Positions 49,401 through 60,310 of a stretch of 64,000 nucleotides of DNA are shown here, piece after piece; position 1 is the stretch's first letter, and every line of letters starts with the position of its first letter. The notes below the pieces were generated by a model, which worked only from the letters and a program-made list of their open reading frames with translations, had not been told where the DNA came from and searched no databases. This stretch comes from Asterias rubens (lineage: Eukaryota): assembly GCF_902459465.1 (NCBI RefSeq), contig NC_047062.1:16120001-16184000 (forward strand), read 5' to 3'. The position numbers and the translations under genes were made by a program.

Positions 49401-50430
49401 TAATGCCTGAATGTTTTTCCTGTGCCTTGCTTTGCTGGACATCAGGAGCCGGGGCGAGGCGATAGAAAAGGGTAATAAATACAGGACTGTGATTGTAGAA
49501 ACTGCTTGTCCAAATTATGCAGTTTGACATCTCACTGTACTTCATCACTTCATGCTGTGCCAAATATTTGATGGTCACTGCATGCTGGCATGGTGTTATT
49601 CTTTCTACTTGATTCTGATTTCTGATTTTTTTTTCTCCTTGGAATATTAGAAAAGTTGTGATTTAATAGCCTGAAAATTCTATCAAACCTTCTCCATGTG
49701 TAAACGTAGGTTTAGCCACTGTAATCAATAATATTTTTTCTCCTTGGACTAAATATCATGTGTGGGTCAGAATTGTAGTGTAAATGTAATGTTTGTGTGT
49801 TTTTTAAAGCAATATGTCGGCCATTTGAATGGCTGGTTCATGAAGTAATTTTTGTGTGATTGGATACCATGTAATGGACTAAGTAGTTGCATGACAAAAT
49901 ATACAAGGGAGTCCATAATGTATACTTGGAGTTAAGTATGTCAAGATGTGTGACAGTCATACTTGTGAGGTTTTATCCATTTGAACTAGAAAGTTGGAGC
50001 TCCCTCACATACTGTACTAACCAATTTGTATGCGGTTTTTATTGTAAAGCTCTTCAGTCTGCTCATAGTCACTTAATTATATAGTCTGCACACAATTAAA
50101 GTTATCTGCATGTTTGATATTTTGATTTTTATGCATTTGCGTAGCCCTAGGTACGATAGGCTTAGTATATGACAAATTTGGACAACCAGTCTATAGTGTT
50201 ATTTTGATGTGATTTTGAACTGTATAATATTGTTAAACTTGCCAAGAATAGTTTCAAATGAATGAGTTTTGTGGTGGCCTTACAATCTCCTCTTCTTTAA
50301 CTATTCTACAGAACCCTGTACCCCAAGGTGGGATGGTGGTGGTCGACCACGATGCACTCTTCACTTCTTAACACCAGAGGAGTTCAGAAAACGGGTTTCA
50401 TATCAAAAACAGCCATCATTCTGGCTCTGA
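28485..50430 (+). CDS. Inversin-like ankyrin-repeat protein, ~1087 aa (ANK array, acidic linker, coiled coil, basic tail)
   Basis: Exons 28485-28937, 30911-31098, 33394-33613, 35215-35467, 37582-37887, 38691-38889, 39714-39847, 40403-40563, 41074-41542, 42365-42531, 43798-43872, 44452-44579, 45752-45873, 46507-46615, 47708-47868, 50312-50430 total 3264 nt, all GT-AG with matching phases. Repeated GxTPLH/TALH motifs in exons 1-9. The 3' exons are less certain than the ANK exons. Confidence 0.8.
29150..29283. mobile_element. 134-bp MITE
   Basis: TIR core TTTCCGTATGGCGCCACCACTTTTTCA mirrored by TGAAAAAGTGGTGGCGCCATACGGAAA. Confidence 0.8.
30610..30650 (-). ncRNA. Degenerate minimal hammerhead-like motif
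   Basis: Minus strand GCCT-TCACGAAA-GACTCT(gctat)AGGGTC-GAAAC-GTC-AGGC: helix I GCCT/AGGC, helix II 6 bp, GAAACGTC intact, 5' core altered. An inverted decayed partner lies at 30649-30688. Confidence 0.45.
32165..32354. mobile_element. PIF/Harbinger-type MITE
   Basis: GGCCCAATTTCAAAGAGCTG ... CAGCTCTATTGAAATTGGGCC; flanks CTA/CTG. Another right-end remnant ends near 32988. Confidence 0.8.
33022..33354. mobile_element. Kolobok-type MITE (subfamily B)
   Basis: ACACTATTGGTAATTACTC ... ACCAAACGTGTCAAATGCCT; ends ~39 nt before the ankyrin exon 3 acceptor. Confidence 0.82.
34480..34803. mobile_element. Kolobok-type MITE (subfamily B), first of tandem pair
   Basis: AGGCACTGCGACAC ... GTGTCCAGTGCCT|TTAA, with the TTAA shared with the next copy. 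Confidence 0.88.
34808..35184. mobile_element. Complete Kolobok-type MITE (subfamily A), second of tandem pair
   Basis: TTAA (34804-07)|AGGCAGTGGACAC ... GTGTCCAGTGCCT|TTAA (35185-88). Confidence 0.92.
35499..35649. mobile_element. Harbinger-like MITE, 151 bp
   Basis: TIR CCGTCGATTTCACAAA / TTTGTGAAATCGACGG; flanks CAG/TAG. Confidence 0.8.
35704..35923. mobile_element. Longer relative of the 35499 MITE
   Basis: CCTTCGATTTCACCAAACTCTTCCTAACTTAGG mirrored by CCTAAGTTAGGAAGAGTTTGGTGAAGTCGACG. Confidence 0.78.
37340..37510 (+). mobile_element. Degenerate tRNA-derived SINE (second family)
   Basis: B-box-like GGGTTCGGATCCCAC followed by a body ending in an A-rich tail; A box eroded. Confidence 0.4.
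38102..38336. mobile_element. PIF/Harbinger-type MITE with long TIRs
   Basis: CTG|GGCCCAATTTCATAGAGCTGCTAAGCA..AAATTTGCTTAGCATGAAATTT mirrored at the right end, followed by CTG TSD. Confidence 0.88.
38490..38655 (-). mobile_element. tRNA-derived repeat (SINE-like); partial copy at ~37915-37972
   Basis: Minus strand GGGCTATATATAGCTCAGTTGGAAGAGCGCCGGCACG..AATCCGGAGGCCGTTGGTTTGAATCCCACTCTAGTC (38588-38510) has A/B-box-like motifs but a broken acceptor stem and anticodon arm. Confidence 0.6.
39038..39071 (-). ncRNA. Degenerate hammerhead-like motif
   Basis: Minus strand CTGAAGA-C-GAGCAG(agtata)CTGTTT-GAAAC-TTC: canonical CUGANGA core and helix II with G-U pairs; GTC changed to TTC; helix I not evident. 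Confidence 0.4.
41587..41965. mobile_element. Complete Kolobok-type MITE (subfamily A)
   Basis: TTAA|AGGCAGTGGACAC ... GTGTACACTGTCT|TTAA. Confidence 0.92.
42564..42955 (-). mobile_element. Full-length tRNA-derived SINE (~390 bp) with LINE-like tail and 9-bp TSD
   Basis: Head with A box TGGCCGAGCGG and B box GGGTTCGAATCCC, then GACACTTGTGTCCTTAAGCAAGACACTT; tail GCGCCTTGAG..TATATAAGACTTTGATATT; CATATTAAT at 42555-63 and 42956-64. Confidence 0.88.
44584..44878 (-). mobile_element. 3' fragment of L2/CR1-clade LINE (RT C-terminus and tail), frameshifted
   Basis: Minus-strand translation PPRSLRSS..(stop/frameshift)..AKSYGSKAFSITSPKLWNALPSSLRTAATLDHFKSNLKTHLF (stop 44670-68), then a (TAT)n tail. 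A second L2-type tail lies on + at ~44950-45025. Confidence 0.85.
46106..46347. mobile_element. 242-bp MITE with TA flanks
   Basis: TA|CTCTCTAAATGTAAAAGAGTGAAAAA ... TTTTTCACTCTTTTACATTAAGAGAG|TA; internal GAGTG/CACTC subrepeats. Confidence 0.85.
48153..48334. mobile_element. Internally deleted Kolobok-type MITE (182 bp)
   Basis: Both TIRs present (AGGCAGTGGACAC / GTGTCCACTGCCT); the central hairpin half is missing. Confidence 0.85.
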
Positions 50431-51051
50431 GATGACGTCTCACAGTTATTATAACCCCTTCAGTGATTTTTTGAATTTCTGTATGATACAAATAAATAAG
50501 TCTTTGTCACCAAACAAAATATATCTTGCTGATTTTAGTTGTCTTTTTACATCCCATGTCAATAGTATTTCTTGAGTGATACTGCCCTCTTGTGATAAAC
50601 ATGTATTGTGGGTTGTACATGTGGGATCGATGACACTTTTTTTTGAGGACATAAAAAAGATCACACATGTCTGATAATGGGGTACGATAAGTTAAGAGGT
50701 TATTTGCCAAAGCTAGTTTAAATATAATATGTAAGAATATGGTGTAATATTCGATCTAGTTTGTATATTCACCACATAAAGTGGTTCATAAAGTGGTTCA
50801 GTCTTTAGGATGTTTTTATTGTAATATTCACTGACATTTATTTTTGACAATCATTGTATCCAGTATTTGTTGTGCAGTACTGTTTATGAACTCTGTGATA
50901 TATATAATTATAGCATAAAACGAAATATGTACAGTAAACAAGTTAATTTATACTAACTAGAATAATTCAGTATTTATTTTTGTATCAGTTCGTTCAGTGT
51001 ATTTTTTCTAGTTTAAAGTGTGCCTTAATTACAAGAAGCGTTGCTTATCGT

Positions 51052-51180
51052 GGCAAGTTGTGGCTGAGCGGTAAAGAGCAACCGTGGGTTCGAGTCCCAT
51101 CATGGCACTTGTGTCCGTGAGCAAGATACTTTAGAAAATTGCTTTGTCCATTGGATGCGACATAAAGATGTAGGTCTTCT
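51052..51180 (+). mobile_element. Degenerate SINE 5' head
   Basis: GTGGCTGAGCGG..GGGTTCGAGTCCC..CACTTGTGTCCGTGAGCAAGATACTT. Confidence 0.65.
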
Positions 51181-51375
51181 GTACAAAAATAGCTGTAACA
51201 CTTATCGTGGATGAGTAAGGGTTGACATGTGTTTCTGGTTCCCATAGCAACCCGTTTACAGGTTTTCTCAGACTTGTGAAAAATAGAAATGTTCACAGAT
51301 TTGCGCATAAAGATGGTATAAAAACTTTCTTTGAAAGAACTTGCTGAATATGCCATAAATTCGTAGATGTGGACA

Positions 51376-51700
51376 TCTTGGTGATGAGTAATGGAGAGAG
51401 GTTGATGGTATAAAACATTGTGAGAAACGGCTCCCTCTGAAGTGACATAGTTTTCGAGAAAGAAGTAATTTTCCACGAATTTGATTTCGAGACCTCAGAT
51501 TTAGAACTTGAGGTCTCGAAATCAATCATCTAAACGCACACAACTTCGTGTGACAAGGGTGTTTTTTCTTTCACTATTATCTTGCAAGTTCGATGACCGA
51601 TTGAGCTCAAATTTTCCCAGGTTTGTTATTTTATGCGTATGTTGAGATACACCAACTGTGAAGGCTAGTCTCTGACAATTGCCAATAGTGTCCACTGCCT
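51376..51700. mobile_element. Kolobok-type MITE (subfamily A), left end lost
   Basis: Family body with central hairpin; right TIR GTGTCCACTGCCT|TTAA. Confidence 0.87.
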
Positions 51701-53710
51701 TTAAACCAATGTTGTGTTAGTCTTGAAGTCAAGACAGTCATTGTTAAGCGCGGTGTAGTTTACAGGGATGGTACACACACTCTCGATCCCAGTATGTGTG
51801 TGGGAGTCAGTCGCAATTAAGTTTATGTGCTCTAAGTTTCAAAATTCAACACTTTCATTATTGTACTTGATACTTGGAAAGCTGATGTTACATAAACGCA
51901 TAATACAAGCATATTATCTGAATCTTGAAAAAATTCATTCAATTTTTTTTTAAAGGGATACATTTTTGAGTAAACTACTGAGGGAAAACGGGACAAACAA
52001 TGTGCGTTGGGCCAGACAAAGCTGCGCTTACTTTATTTCATACTTCTTGCCACTAAATTGAACAAAATCTTGAGATAACATTTTATGTTAAAAAAAGTAA
52101 ACGTAAACACCCCTTTGTGACATTATGGTAAACTTGCTAAAATGTAAAACAATATACATTTAAATTTTGATTATATATACAGAAACATTTTACAATTTTT
52201 GCATAAAGCAACATCATCGTTAATCATAACTTGAATTGATGTGAGAAGGAAACAAAACCACAAAATATTGTGATTATAAACTGCAAGATAATCAAATCTG
52301 ATATTAATATAAATGTTATTCAGTACATGAAATGCTAATTTTTAAAAAGCTACCTCTCACATACAAACAATCCATTGCTTTTTATTCCTCAGTTACAAAT
52401 GCCATTTTTTAAACATAGATTCTGAAATTATACTCAATTAATATAGATGTGAATAAAAGTCCTTTTACAAAATCTAATAACAAAGACCTTTTTTGCAAGT
52501 ATCTTTTTTTTGGGTGAATCTAGAATATGAATTTGTACCCTTTCTTCCAACTGTTGATTCAGGAAAAGCACGTAGTGAAGAAGTCCAATAATGAGAAACA
52601 GAGTTTGACATTAATTGTGTATACTAGAAAGTTAGCCGTCTTGAAGTTAAAATTTATTAAATGGATCATACATCTGTAAACCCAAACCGAAATGTGGTCT
52701 TAGGTTACAAGTATATTTTTCCGCTTTCTGAAATATGTGTCATATTTCATTGTGCATTTAGATTTTTTACATGTACTTGCTTGTATTTTTTATCGTGCTT
52801 TTCTCCAGCAATGGTGACCCTAATAGTTAATCTGTGGCGATTGGCCAGGCTATTCAGCTGGTCTTTTTAACTCACCGAGTCCTACCAAAACAATGCCACG
52901 GGCATACTACTCCGGTTCATTTTCCTTGCAGGACTTTTTTGGGGTGGAGTGCAGAGCTTTTTTACCAAACATGTGTAGGGTAAAAACAAGGGTAATGTCA
53001 GTAAGTAGGATTTGAAACTTTGCATGGTGGAAATAAGATATAGAAGAGTTTGCGATAACACCATGTAATGACCGTCTCTAAAGGGTAATGTCAATTCGAT
53101 TGTTCTAGTAAACCGAGTTGAGTCGGCACACTAGACAGACCAGACCATAGATCAATATTTGAAGAAAAAACCCCCACATAACATTGCAAAGTTTAAATTG
53201 ATGGCAGTGTGAATTCATTGTCAATGACAAAACTGACTGTTCACAAAGGATACAACACCATTGGTTTGCAGAAAAGAGTACAAGGGCTTTCCATTCAAGA
53301 GCAACTAAAATGTTCATGTTTTATATCACAGCTTGAAACTGTTTTAGGCTCAATTTTATTTACGTGTTGGATTAATTTGAAAATTCATTTTAGTGAAAGT
53401 GACGGAAGTTATTACAGCTTCAGCGCAACTGAAACTTGCCGACTTTTGACATCAGTTACATCAACTTCCGTTTCATTCAATACCAGTCCTGTACTATGCC
53501 TCTCAGGGTTGTAACTAGACCAAATTTAGTAGTGGGCAATCAATCAAGTTTTGTTGGAAGTCTACCGAGGGCAAGGAGATCAACAAAATTGTTTATGTTT
53601 AATTATGGCCCATTATTGCTCATTAAGTGGGGCCAGGTTTCCAAACTGTTTGTATCATGAAGCCAGGCAATAAGTTGAATGGCCTTTGGATTGTGTTCTT
53701 TCTCACTCCA

Positions 53711-53771
53711 GTGCCTTGAGTACCTTGTTTGGTAGATACGTGCACTATATAAGACTTTGATATTATTATTA
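53711..53771 (+). mobile_element. 5'-truncated SINE tail
   Basis: GTGCCTTGAGTACCTTGTTTGGTAGATACGTGCACTATATAAGACTTTGATATTATTATT. Confidence 0.75.
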
Positions 53772-55029
53772 TCTGTGTCTCAGACCCATGCAAAGTGGAC
53801 AATATTTAAAATCTGTGCTGGGCAGCATCATGTATTTTGCTCAGAGTGCTGGGCATAAATTGAGAGTCCTGGGCAGGCCCGCCCAGCACCGCCCATCGTT
53901 GCTATAACACTGATGTCTCTTATTGTCCAACCTTTCATTATCATCCACTTCGGCTTTGAATGATAAACCGGTGAGTGGCTTCTTAGAAATAAGATTTAAA
54001 TTATGGGGGGCTCTAAAAAATGTCCACTGTCACTGTCGTATTTACACAGAGGTGAAAGGTCAAAAGGACTAGTAGAAAAGCAAATTCACTTGAGTTTCGC
54101 TGCTTAAAACTATTACATCATTCAATCAACCTGATGAAATTTCATGAGAACAGATGCGGACACTTCCAAGATGCATGTTATCATTGGCTTTTGTTTTCAT
54201 ACAACGTTATTTGTTTTTATTATTTTGAAATTATGTGTACACATATTTTTAAAGACATTTTGAAGACATTTTGACAGGAATTACCAAGTTGTCTGTACAC
54301 AACACAAACAATAATACCTATGTTATTACACATCAATGGGATTTGCAGCTGAAAGTTGTTTAAGACATAGACAAGTTCAGTCCCCAAGGCAAAAAGAGGT
54401 CTCTTCTTTCTAAAAATCTCCACAGTGTTTCATACAATTAAAAAACAAAAAATACTGCAAAAACATTCATCACAACTTGGCAGATAAAATATTGAGGATT
54501 TGGAAAGACTACAGCCTCTTTAGCCTTAGAAGCCAAACTGTCCTGTGTATGTACATGTAGAACTATTTCAGGACTCCATGCACACTATACATGTTGGAGA
54601 AATTGGCTTCAGAACTAAACCAAATATAATTGCAGCTTTGGGGTCAGAGATCAAAGGTCGGAAGCTCCAGGTCATGAATCCTTCCAAAAGCGTCTCAAAG
54701 ATCAAGTCTGCCCCTGTAAGAAAGAAAAAAATTGGAATTGAAAAAACAAAAAATAACACTTAGTCCGACTTTGAAAAAGATATTTGTTCGGTTGGGAAGG
54801 GAGCAAGAAATAAGACTTGTTATTTTGTTTTAATCAACAGCCTTCGCTAAATGGGTTTTCTGCTAGTCATCATCTTGCCCAACTGTTTTTGATGTGTACA
54901 TGAAAGCTAAACAGCAGTATCCCCATGTCAGGCCTGAAAATTTACACATGTTTTCCACACTTTTATCACAAGGAAAGGATGGCGTTTATTCATTTTGGCC
55001 ATAACTTGAGCCAAGGCGTACCTTCTGTC

Positions 55030-55102
55030 TCATTTAGTGGATGATGGACCTGCATCTTTGCTCTCTCCAGACTTTTTCCGCTTCAGGATTGCCTCTATAA
55101 GT
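55030..55102 (-). CDS. PCMT1: Putative alternative terminal coding exon of PCMT1 (R-LIEAILKRKKSGESKDAGPSSTK*)
   Basis: Strong acceptor CTGAT..TTTCTTTGTTCTTTCCAG; phase 2 matches the donor GGC AG|GTGATA at 56212; 23 codons then TGA. Would give a 251-aa isoform. Confidence 0.5.
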
Positions 55103-56207
55103 CTGGAAAGAACAAAGAAATCAGGACCAAGGGCTGTCCTTTATCAAGATGTAGCCAAATCGTTGCATCAGTGCAAAAATGATGTATCTTGATTTTACAC
55201 AAATGCTGTACCTCACATGAAAATGCTCCATGCAGAAACGCTGTATCTCGGCGCATACTTATCTTGTATGTACATCCGGACATTTTTACTTGATTTGTAA
55301 TTTCAAAGGTAACTGCTATTTTTAGGAGACACAGCATTTTCAGTGCACTGACATGACCAACTACTGTGTGACTTCTTTTATAGTGACCTTTAGATAGGTA
55401 TTCGTACATTGTATTAGTGAATTTTGACGGTCCCAACTTTTATCCGACGGGGTATCCCTCTATAAATGCAGTTATTTTTTAAAGTTAGCAAGATTTGGGA
55501 TTGTAGCTACAAAAATTGGTTTGAAAGCTCCAATGTATTCATGCAACCTTCACACAATCACACTAACTGCAATGTTACAATGTTTTGCTCACCAAAGCTT
55601 GGAACAGATGTATCCCCTGCTTCCCCACACAATGTCCAGAAATTTAAAGCTTTAACAGAGACTTGAAGCGATTATACTTGAAACACTTGAGTCAATTATA
55701 ACAATGCCTCTAATAATGACCAATGTCATACAACGTCCCAATCTCGTGCAATGTCATTATTGCCCAGTCATTATTATTTTAGTTTTCTTGCAGGGCTCTA
55801 AATTGACACTGGACCACAGGCCCGAGGCCCGTGACTTTAATGTCAGGCTAGTAAGCTCAAAATGGGACAAGCACAGTAGTCTTATGTATACCATCATGTC
55901 TTTGTGAACAAAGGTTGACTGTGAATGTAAGAACTATCTTTCAATTCTCTTTCACGAGTATCGAGGTACACTTGCACATTCACATAAATGAAATAGATCT
56001 TCTCCGAGTGCTTGGTGATTTTATTTAGACTCTGGTCCCGTACAAAATAAATTCTGGTCCAAAAAATAAACAGTTTAAGCTACAAGCCCTGCCCTGAAAT
56101 TCCAGCCCAGTTACTGCAGACTTTGGAGTAACAAAGAATTATCAAATTATTGTTTAGATTTTTGTCTGTTCTGAGTAAGTTTAGTATTTTAAAATTATCT
56201 CTTAATA

Positions 56208-59200
56208 TCACCTGCCAGGCCACTGGTGTTCTTTGCTCGTCAGTGGCACGTAGACCACACCCATTAAGTTCTTCTTTGTAACGCGGCCGTCTTGATCTTT
56301 GTCGTATTGTTCCAGCATTTGATTGGCGCCTTGGGGACCCACTGGGATGATGAGGCGACCACCTGGCTTTAACTGCTCAATAAGCTGTCAGTGACAAATA
56401 AACAACAAAATAAAAGCAAAAAAAAGTTATACCAATGTTTTAAAGATTTCCTCTTAACTGATTATACCAGGCATGCAACTCATAAACCGAACAAACAGAG
56501 GCAAATTATGACAAGCTTGTATTTTTATCAGGAACTGCCGAGTACAAAGCCAATATTTTGTTGAACCATGATATGCGCCCGTTTTAGAGGACGAATCAAT
56601 TAATTTTAAGTAAGATGCACAACAAGCTTTTTTTTTTGCAAATTGGCTTGCAGCTTGAGCTAGATTGTGCATGTGGAGAACCCACACTAGAAATATTTTT
56701 GACTAATTTCAACAAAATGTTTTTGTTACTGCCCCACTGTTTATTTATACTAAAACAATCCCTACATTGGAGGTTTTTATTCAGCGGGAATTATTTGTTT
56801 CAAACAAAGACTTTTCAGGATTTGCAGGAATTCTTTTTGCTGCTTATTGCCCCAATGCTCTCCAAAAGATTGGGTAAGAGTGTTTGCTGATAATGGCAAC
56901 ACTGCCAACTAATATGTTTGTAGCATCAATTCTAAACTTACAGCTGGTGGTAGTAGAGGAGCTGCTGCACCTACATGAATCGCATCATACGGTCCTCCCT
57001 CTGGGTAACCCTTCCTTCCATCGCCAACTGCATGTTATGAATTTGAAGAAGAGGACAAATCAATCACTGCTATATAGCTAAAAGCAAATTTTGAATTTGG
57101 GTGGATAAAATGGTAGTTGAGGTTGCTGGGGTGAATTTTGGTGCCCCCATCCACAAATCTGTTTTAGCTTTGGTCATTGGATAACCGTTTTTGCATGCCA
57201 GGTCAGTTGCGACGACACAGCTGTTCTGACCAAATTGTAACCAAGTTGTTTGCTCAGTTTGGCTTGGTCAAACAAATTTTTTAAAACAAGAAACACTGTT
57301 TAATGTTGGTAATTTTGAAGACTAAGTTCCTTTGTTGCAAAATAACATGATGGTTGTGTTTTCAAGAGACGTACCTCTAGGTCTAGTTTTAAATTTGTAT
57401 TTTTTTTTTTATTGGAGTAGAAACGTTAACACTTCTATTTGAATTGGATTTGTGTTTGACATTGTGGTTAAATTAGCCTATTTTACATGGATACTGCAAA
57501 ATTGTATCACTGGATGCATCTTTGTGATCATAACCAATAATAGCAATTTTGGTTGAATTGGCCATTGATGAAACCGGCCAATCACCGAAACAGTTATTGG
57601 TTACAGACGCCAAAACACACCCTACACACAGACCTAAAGCACTCACCGACAAGCTTGACACGACCAGAGTCTAATAGATTTGAATGTTCCTTGGCTACAT
57701 TGCTGACTGACCACTCAACTAACTCCTTAATGTGATCGATACCTATTACTCGGCCGGTCTCACCAACCTGCACAAAAGATAAAACACATACAGGCCTGTA
57801 TGCTTTGCTTTTTGAAAGGGCAAGGGCACCAAGGCATTTTCTCCTTGGTAAAGGCATGGAGGTAGAAAATTGTACATTTCTACTAGAGCTTTTCAAGGGC
57901 ACCAAGGCATTGACCAGGGGGCATGGAGGCAATCGCCTCTGTTGCCTCCATGAAGTATCAGGCCTGCACACACCCACTTCTAAGTATTGTTTTTTAAATG
58001 CCCTTCAAGTGCTGATGATGTTATCTATGACACACCACTTGATTGTTAAAAATAGTGCAGCCAGGAATTTTGCATTTATGGCGCTTGAAAAGCACATACT
58101 GATCCATGGTAGGCTGTAAGCACAGAATTCCGCTGTAAGCAGAGCCATGAAATTGGGCTAAGATGTGTCAACAGGGAAGTGTTATTGTTGTTAATAGTTG
58201 GGTTCCCGCAAACTATTTGAGCACATGTCAGAACTGCAGTCATTTATCAAACACAATTCTCAATATGAAAAGTCTCAATTATCGCGCACCACATCATGTT
58301 CCTATGGTTAACCATCATATTCATGTGGTTAACATATTGCGACCATGGAATTGGCTCAATACTAATACTCACCATTAACCCCATACAAGCTGTCAGATAA
58401 CCACTTCCTGAACCCACATCTAATGCTGAGTTGCCTTCACCTAAATGATCCTTCAGCAGCTCAAGAGCATGTGCATGCTGGTGGGGAAGAATTAATACAA
58501 GTCAAAGTGTGGGGAACACTGAATACAAGTTAACAAACCAAAGTTTCAGGACCAAAATTGCAGTAGTTTTATGCTTCCGAAAGCACGATTGATAGTATGT
58601 TAATCATTGGTTTTAGATTTTCCCAATGTTGGAGTGCATAGCAGGCTAGTGCAAACTACTCTCGCTCAGTATTATTGGAAAAGTCAGCTTGATTTGTGGT
58701 AGTAAAAAATTATACAATAATTAGCTCTCCAAAACAACCCCTTTTTTTAAAACTTCAATTTGAAAATGGGGGCAGATACTCACCATGTGAGGTGCACTGA
58801 TCGTAACAGCATAACCTGGATTTGACAAAGGCAGATGGGAAAGAGTCCCTGATTAGAGAATGTGATTCTTTGACCTCAATTAGAGCAACTCATCATCGCT
58901 GATTACTACAGGAGTGCATACTGTACGTCAACTTCCTGGATCCAACAAAATCCAACAGTACATGGTAGCTCAACACTTATGATGGACTTAGTTTATGATA
59001 TTGGTTTGACAAGCCATTATGTGGTCTGCAATGAATCCATCAATATCAGGCAAGGATTCTGGATGACCTCAGGCCTGTAGGGCATATGCTTTGTTTTTGA
59101 AAGGGCACCAAGGCATTTTCTTGTTGGCAAAGGGCACCCTGTGAGGAAGTTGTAAATTTCTACACCAGGGGGCATCATGAATTATCAGGCCTGTGACCTA

Positions 59201-60216
59201 ACTAAGGAAATCCGTTAACACAAGACAGCTTCTTTTAGTCAGTACCCTAGACACCAGCATGACACAGCACTCCCTAGATGAGAGGGGAGCCTGGGAACTT
59301 GAGTCACTCACCAATTCCTTGAGGGGAATCTGCATAAGGATCTGACTTGGTCTTGCTGTAGTTCTTCCTATCTACCTGTTTCATCGCATTGTGTACACTG
59401 TCCGTCTTAATGATTCCATGCTCTATGAATGAAGGGGAAATATTCTGAAGGTAAGTTGAAACTTCTTTGAACTTCTGCCAGCACAACATCAAACTTCTTT
59501 GACTTTCTTTATATCTGCTTATCTCAAGCAAGTTAGAAACATGTTGAACATTGAAGAAGGAGTGTAGGTTCGAATTGGATTGGGGTTGAAAAATGATAAA
59601 CCATGGCAAGAGGGAATTTTGTGAAGTCTTTTGGTGGCCCACTGACCAGCCAACAACTGTTTCACTAACACTGAATTGTAGGCACGGTCGGGGGACAATC
59701 GGCATATCGGCATTAGCGGTAAAAGAGCGTTAGTTGAGAAAATTCACACGCAAAATTCACTTGATTTTTACTAAAAATCTGTGATACCTATTTTTTTAAA
59801 CAATTCCAAGTGTAGTGCTATCTGCAACTTCTGAAGCATTAGATGGGTAAGTTTCATGATGCAGAACGTTGCAGATGGTTTTTCAAGGAAGCGAAAGGTT
59901 TCAGTGGTGCTGGGGCCAAGGTTACGGAGTGGACTGGACCAATTTATGGGGCTAAATGTTGTGGTGATGTGAAAGGGTGACAGCGGGTTGGGTGTGGATT
60001 GGGGGTCACAACACAACATGTTCAGTCAGAGCAGGTCAAGCAAGACAAGCAAAGCATTGGTCAATCAAATCTCAATACATCGACTTGATCAACTATAACA
60101 TACGAACAACTTTCAAATTATGCATTTTTAAATGCTTAAAATAGAACAAGCGATAACTCACGTTTGAGCTTGTAAACAAGCTCTTCGTGTGTTGTTCCAC
60201 TGGATCGCCACGCCAT
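56208..60216 (-). CDS. PCMT1: Protein-L-isoaspartate(D-aspartate) O-methyltransferase (PIMT), 228 aa
   Basis: Exons 60216-60162, 59422-59312, 58815-58784, 58477-58373, 57767-57647, 57027-56942, 56384-56208 (687 nt). MAWRSSG start, TISAPHMHAHALE, motif [42 protein letters not shown]. Confidence 0.96.
57791..57966. mobile_element. CAGGCCTG-bounded DNA element (hAT-like, inferred) with 6-bp TSD
   Basis: CACATA|CAGGCCTG ... CAGGCCTG|CACACA (TSD 5/6); lies 21 nt from the PCMT1 exon 5 acceptor. Confidence 0.78.
59070..59193. mobile_element. CAGGCCTG-bounded DNA element with perfect 6-bp TSD
   Basis: TGACCT|CAGGCCTG ... CAGGCCTG|TGACCT; body shared with 3293 and 57791. Confidence 0.8.
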
Positions 60217-60310
60217 TGCTGATCGTGAAAATGGCGCCCCCATCGAAAAATAAACCACAACAAAGGTCACGGCGACAAAATAGAATCGCCCACTGTCACA
60301 AATGGGAATG
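60217..60310 (-). promoter_or_regulatory. PCMT1 5' leader/proximal promoter
   Basis: CpG-containing stretch directly upstream of the ATG with a YY1-like CGCCATTTT motif. It also contains a possible acceptor (..TTTTCACGATCAG|CAATG). Confidence 0.4.

Noticed and set aside
55095-55436. 113-aa minus-strand ORF
   Set aside because: No recognisable domain; its 3' end is the polypyrimidine tract of the proposed PCMT1 alternative exon, so it is read as intron.
57594-57977. 127-aa ORF as a single chimeric protein
   Set aside because: It is a repeat-derived frame reading into genuine PCMT1 exon 5; only 57767-57647 is coding.
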